Shown: one piece after another, positions 61,664 to 64,000 of the stretch | Position numbering within the stretch: position 1 is the first letter of the stretch | How the letters are laid out: the number at the start of each line of letters is the position of its first letter | Origin: Mobula hypostoma | Taxonomy: Eukaryota | Length of the DNA stretch: 64,000 nt | Direction of reading: 5' to 3' | Assembly: GCF_963921235.1 (NCBI RefSeq) | Contig: NC_086097.1 | Coordinates: 1,550,001-1,614,000 of the forward strand | Made by a program: the position numbers and the translations under genes | Notes under the pieces: generated by a model | Seen by the model: only the letters and a program-made list of their open reading frames with translations | Told to the model about the DNA's origin: nothing | Databases searched by the model: none

Positions 61664-63497
61664 ATCAAAAATAAACTGCAGACCAGTCACTGAGCCACGT
61701 TGTTTGTGGGACAGAGTGCTCCATACTCCACTACAGTCAGATTGCTTTGTGGTGTCAAACATTCTCCCAGACATATGCCAACCCAGGCAGCAGGTCAGGC
61801 CAGGCCAGCACCTGTGTCCCATTCCCACACGGTGAACACTGCTGTGTAGTATGACTGACATGGTGCAGTGTATTGTCCAGGACACAGCGTCGCAGAGAGC
61901 CAGTGTAGAACAGATTCGCAGGGCTGCAGCGGAGGTAGAGAAAGCGGTTTGTTCCCCAGGGAAGCACCGGACCAGGTAAAACGCCAACAGCTCACACTGG
62001 AAATCTGAGACAAGGACCAGCACAGATGGACTGTTCTTCACCCTGCAGGTACTGAACCAGGCCCCGATAGTGTGCGTAAATCTGTACAAGTCACCACTCA
62101 GGCTGGGCTCAGGCGTGGGCAGAGAGCTTACTGTGGCAGGTGAGTTTTCGCACTGAGGACGGGTGATCCAGACTTCTGGGAGATGAAATGGCAGTGTAAC
62201 AGGTGTGAAGAATTAGTTCACATAGCTGGACTGCTGGAGGTTCAGCAACTTGTAGAACGAGTAGAGGGGAGTTTCACGCGGTGTCAGGAACTCTCTGCTG
62301 AAGGTGTGAGCAGCAGAAATTCTCAACACATTGAGACACAAATGAGAGGCCACGAGGGGCAGTGAGTGAGTGAGAGGCCACGAGGGGCAGTGAGTGAGTG
62401 AGAAGTGGTGAGGCTCAGAGACCCCACGTCTGTGAGTCTAGGCCAAGGACTGGGGTTGGGGGCCTGACGTTTTGTTGAGTTGGTGGTTGGAAAAGGCTTT
62501 GTTCTGATGTTTTTGTTTAGTTGCTGCTGTTGCCGTTTGTGTTGTTCTGTCAAGCATTGTGGGAACGCTGCTTGGTGCTGGCAGCATGGTGACACGGTGG
62601 ACACATTCGGGACATGTAGGTTGTCAATGGAAACGACACATTTCACGCTGTGTTTTAATGTACATGCAATAAATAAATGAATCAATCAGCTGGAGAAATG
62701 GCGGACAGGTCAGAGGAAGGGAAACCTTGCTGTAGTCATCTGAGCATTCCAGCAGGTGGCAGCAGAGCTCAAGGCTAGAGAGGCAGCTTTCAGGCTGCAG
62801 AACCGCAGCCGGTGGCCCAGGCCCAGGCCCAGGCCCTGGCCCTGGAGCAGGAGATACTGACACCCCAGGGTCTTTCCACCATCTCCAGCTCATCAACGTG
62901 AAAGTCTGGTGAGGTGTAAAACCTCTCAGGCAGCCCAGTATCATGTTAGGGCAAAGCAGCAATCTGACGTCCACTCCATCCATCGCCAGAACAAGAACGG
63001 GACCTGGCCCAGACCAAGCCAGGAGTTAATGGGCTGACAAAGAAGGGACTTCTAGACAGAACAATTATAAACAGAAAATAGTGTAAAATTACAATCAGAG
63101 TGATGTAAAAGAGGAACGAGTTACTTAGTATTTTCAGTATTTCTGTGATTTGTTTCAGATTTCCAGCATCTGCAGTGTAGGTTTTGTAGACCTGGCCCTG
63201 TGTCCATGCAGGTGAATGAAGAATGGTTCACGAGTACACAGCACTCCTCCCATGTTACCCATGCAAGGTCTGCAATAAATAGGTGTATTGTGGCCCTGAG
63301 AGCTGGGACCCCCTGCTTGTAGTGCCCGTGGCTATCCACACCGCAGCAATATGCCGATACTTAGTCTATGAAGGGAAGGCTGCTCCCTATCCTCTGTTGG
63401 TCCCCCCACACTCTTGCCCCATCCGGCAGTGAGGACAGACAGGTTGAGTTCCAAAGAAGGGTGCAGTGAGGCCCTTTGCTGCCAGTCCAAACCCATC

Positions 63498-63701
63498 TCA
63501 GAGGTGGAGACGCGCTGGTGTGCTGCAGTGGGATTGTGGCAAGCTGTGTGGGGCAAAGGGCATCTCCTCACTCGACGAGTTCAGTGCTGGACACAGGCTT
63601 TCGTGGCTCTTCAGTACTGAGCTGAAGTAGTTGAGCTCCTCATTCAGCAGTGCGATCTCCTTCCTCAGGGCCACGTTCTCTCTCTCCAAATGCTCGCTCT
63701 C
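63498..63701 (-). CDS. BATF: Final coding exon of a BATF-like bZIP transcription factor; upstream exons lie beyond the window
   Basis: Acceptor CTTTTATTCTTGTCTGCAG, then phase-0 ESEHLERENVALRKEIALLNEELNYFSSVLKSHESLCP...ARLHL*. This matches the BATF last-exon pattern ESE.LE..N.ALRKEI..L.EEL.YF.SVL.SHE.LC better than BATF2 or BATF3. Confidence 0.88.
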   Translation of the reverse strand, partial: ESEHLERENVALRKEIALLNEELNYFSSVLKSHESLCPALNSSSEEMPFAPHSLPQSHCSTPARLHL

Positions 63702-63859
63702 CTGCAGACAAGAATAAAAGCACCCAGATCACATCAGGGTTAGAGAAAATGCAAGAACACAACTAATAGACCATTCATCCCATTGTGGCTGCGGTACCAA
63801 TCATTGACTGATCTTTCCTCACTAACTTCAGATCCCTCAGTCTCCTTAATATCCAGGAA

Positions 63860-64000
63860 TGACCCATCTGCCTTGATTAAGGATAGTCAGCATGGCTTGG
63901 TGAGGGGCAGGTCATGCCTCATGAGTCTGATTGAGCTCTTTGAGGATGGACAAAGCATATTGGTGAAGGTAGAGCAGTGGATGTGGTTCTTATAGATTTT
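63860..64000 (+). mobile_element. Intronic CR1 RT fragment
   Basis: LIKDSQHGLVRGRSCLMSLIELFED. Confidence 0.8.

Noticed and set aside
62624..62983. Pro-Gly repeat ORF (119 aa)
   Set aside because: It derives from a (GGCCCA)n microsatellite downstream of the BATF-like stop codon.

Overview
Vertebrate genomic DNA made almost entirely of nested retrotransposons. The CR1, Rex1 and Penelope mix suggests a cartilaginous fish, but that is inference. The only host-gene sequence I can support is the last coding exon of a BATF-like bZIP gene on the minus strand (63498-63701), so the window is about 60 kb of DNA downstream of that gene. It holds about 25 CR1 LINE fragments (several with SGNH-esterase ORF1), Rex1/Babar LINEs and non-autonomous derivatives, and a Tx1 3' end. 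There are also Penelope-like fragments with hammerhead cores, a solo LTR, a decayed Gypsy element, a Gmr1-type element (PR-IN order, tRNA-Pro PBS), a full-length but dead Charlie/SPIN-type hAT transposon, and a 26-bp minisatellite. The most notable structure is an 8-kb two-LTR element (23231-31266, TSD ACTCC). It has almost no coding sequence of its own, and its PBS is an exact 11-nt complement of its own LTR, as in Tf1/sushi self-priming. RT-deleted LINE derivatives recur. I found no prokaryotic system, CRISPR array, rRNA or tRNA gene. Boundaries without a stated TSD are approximate.
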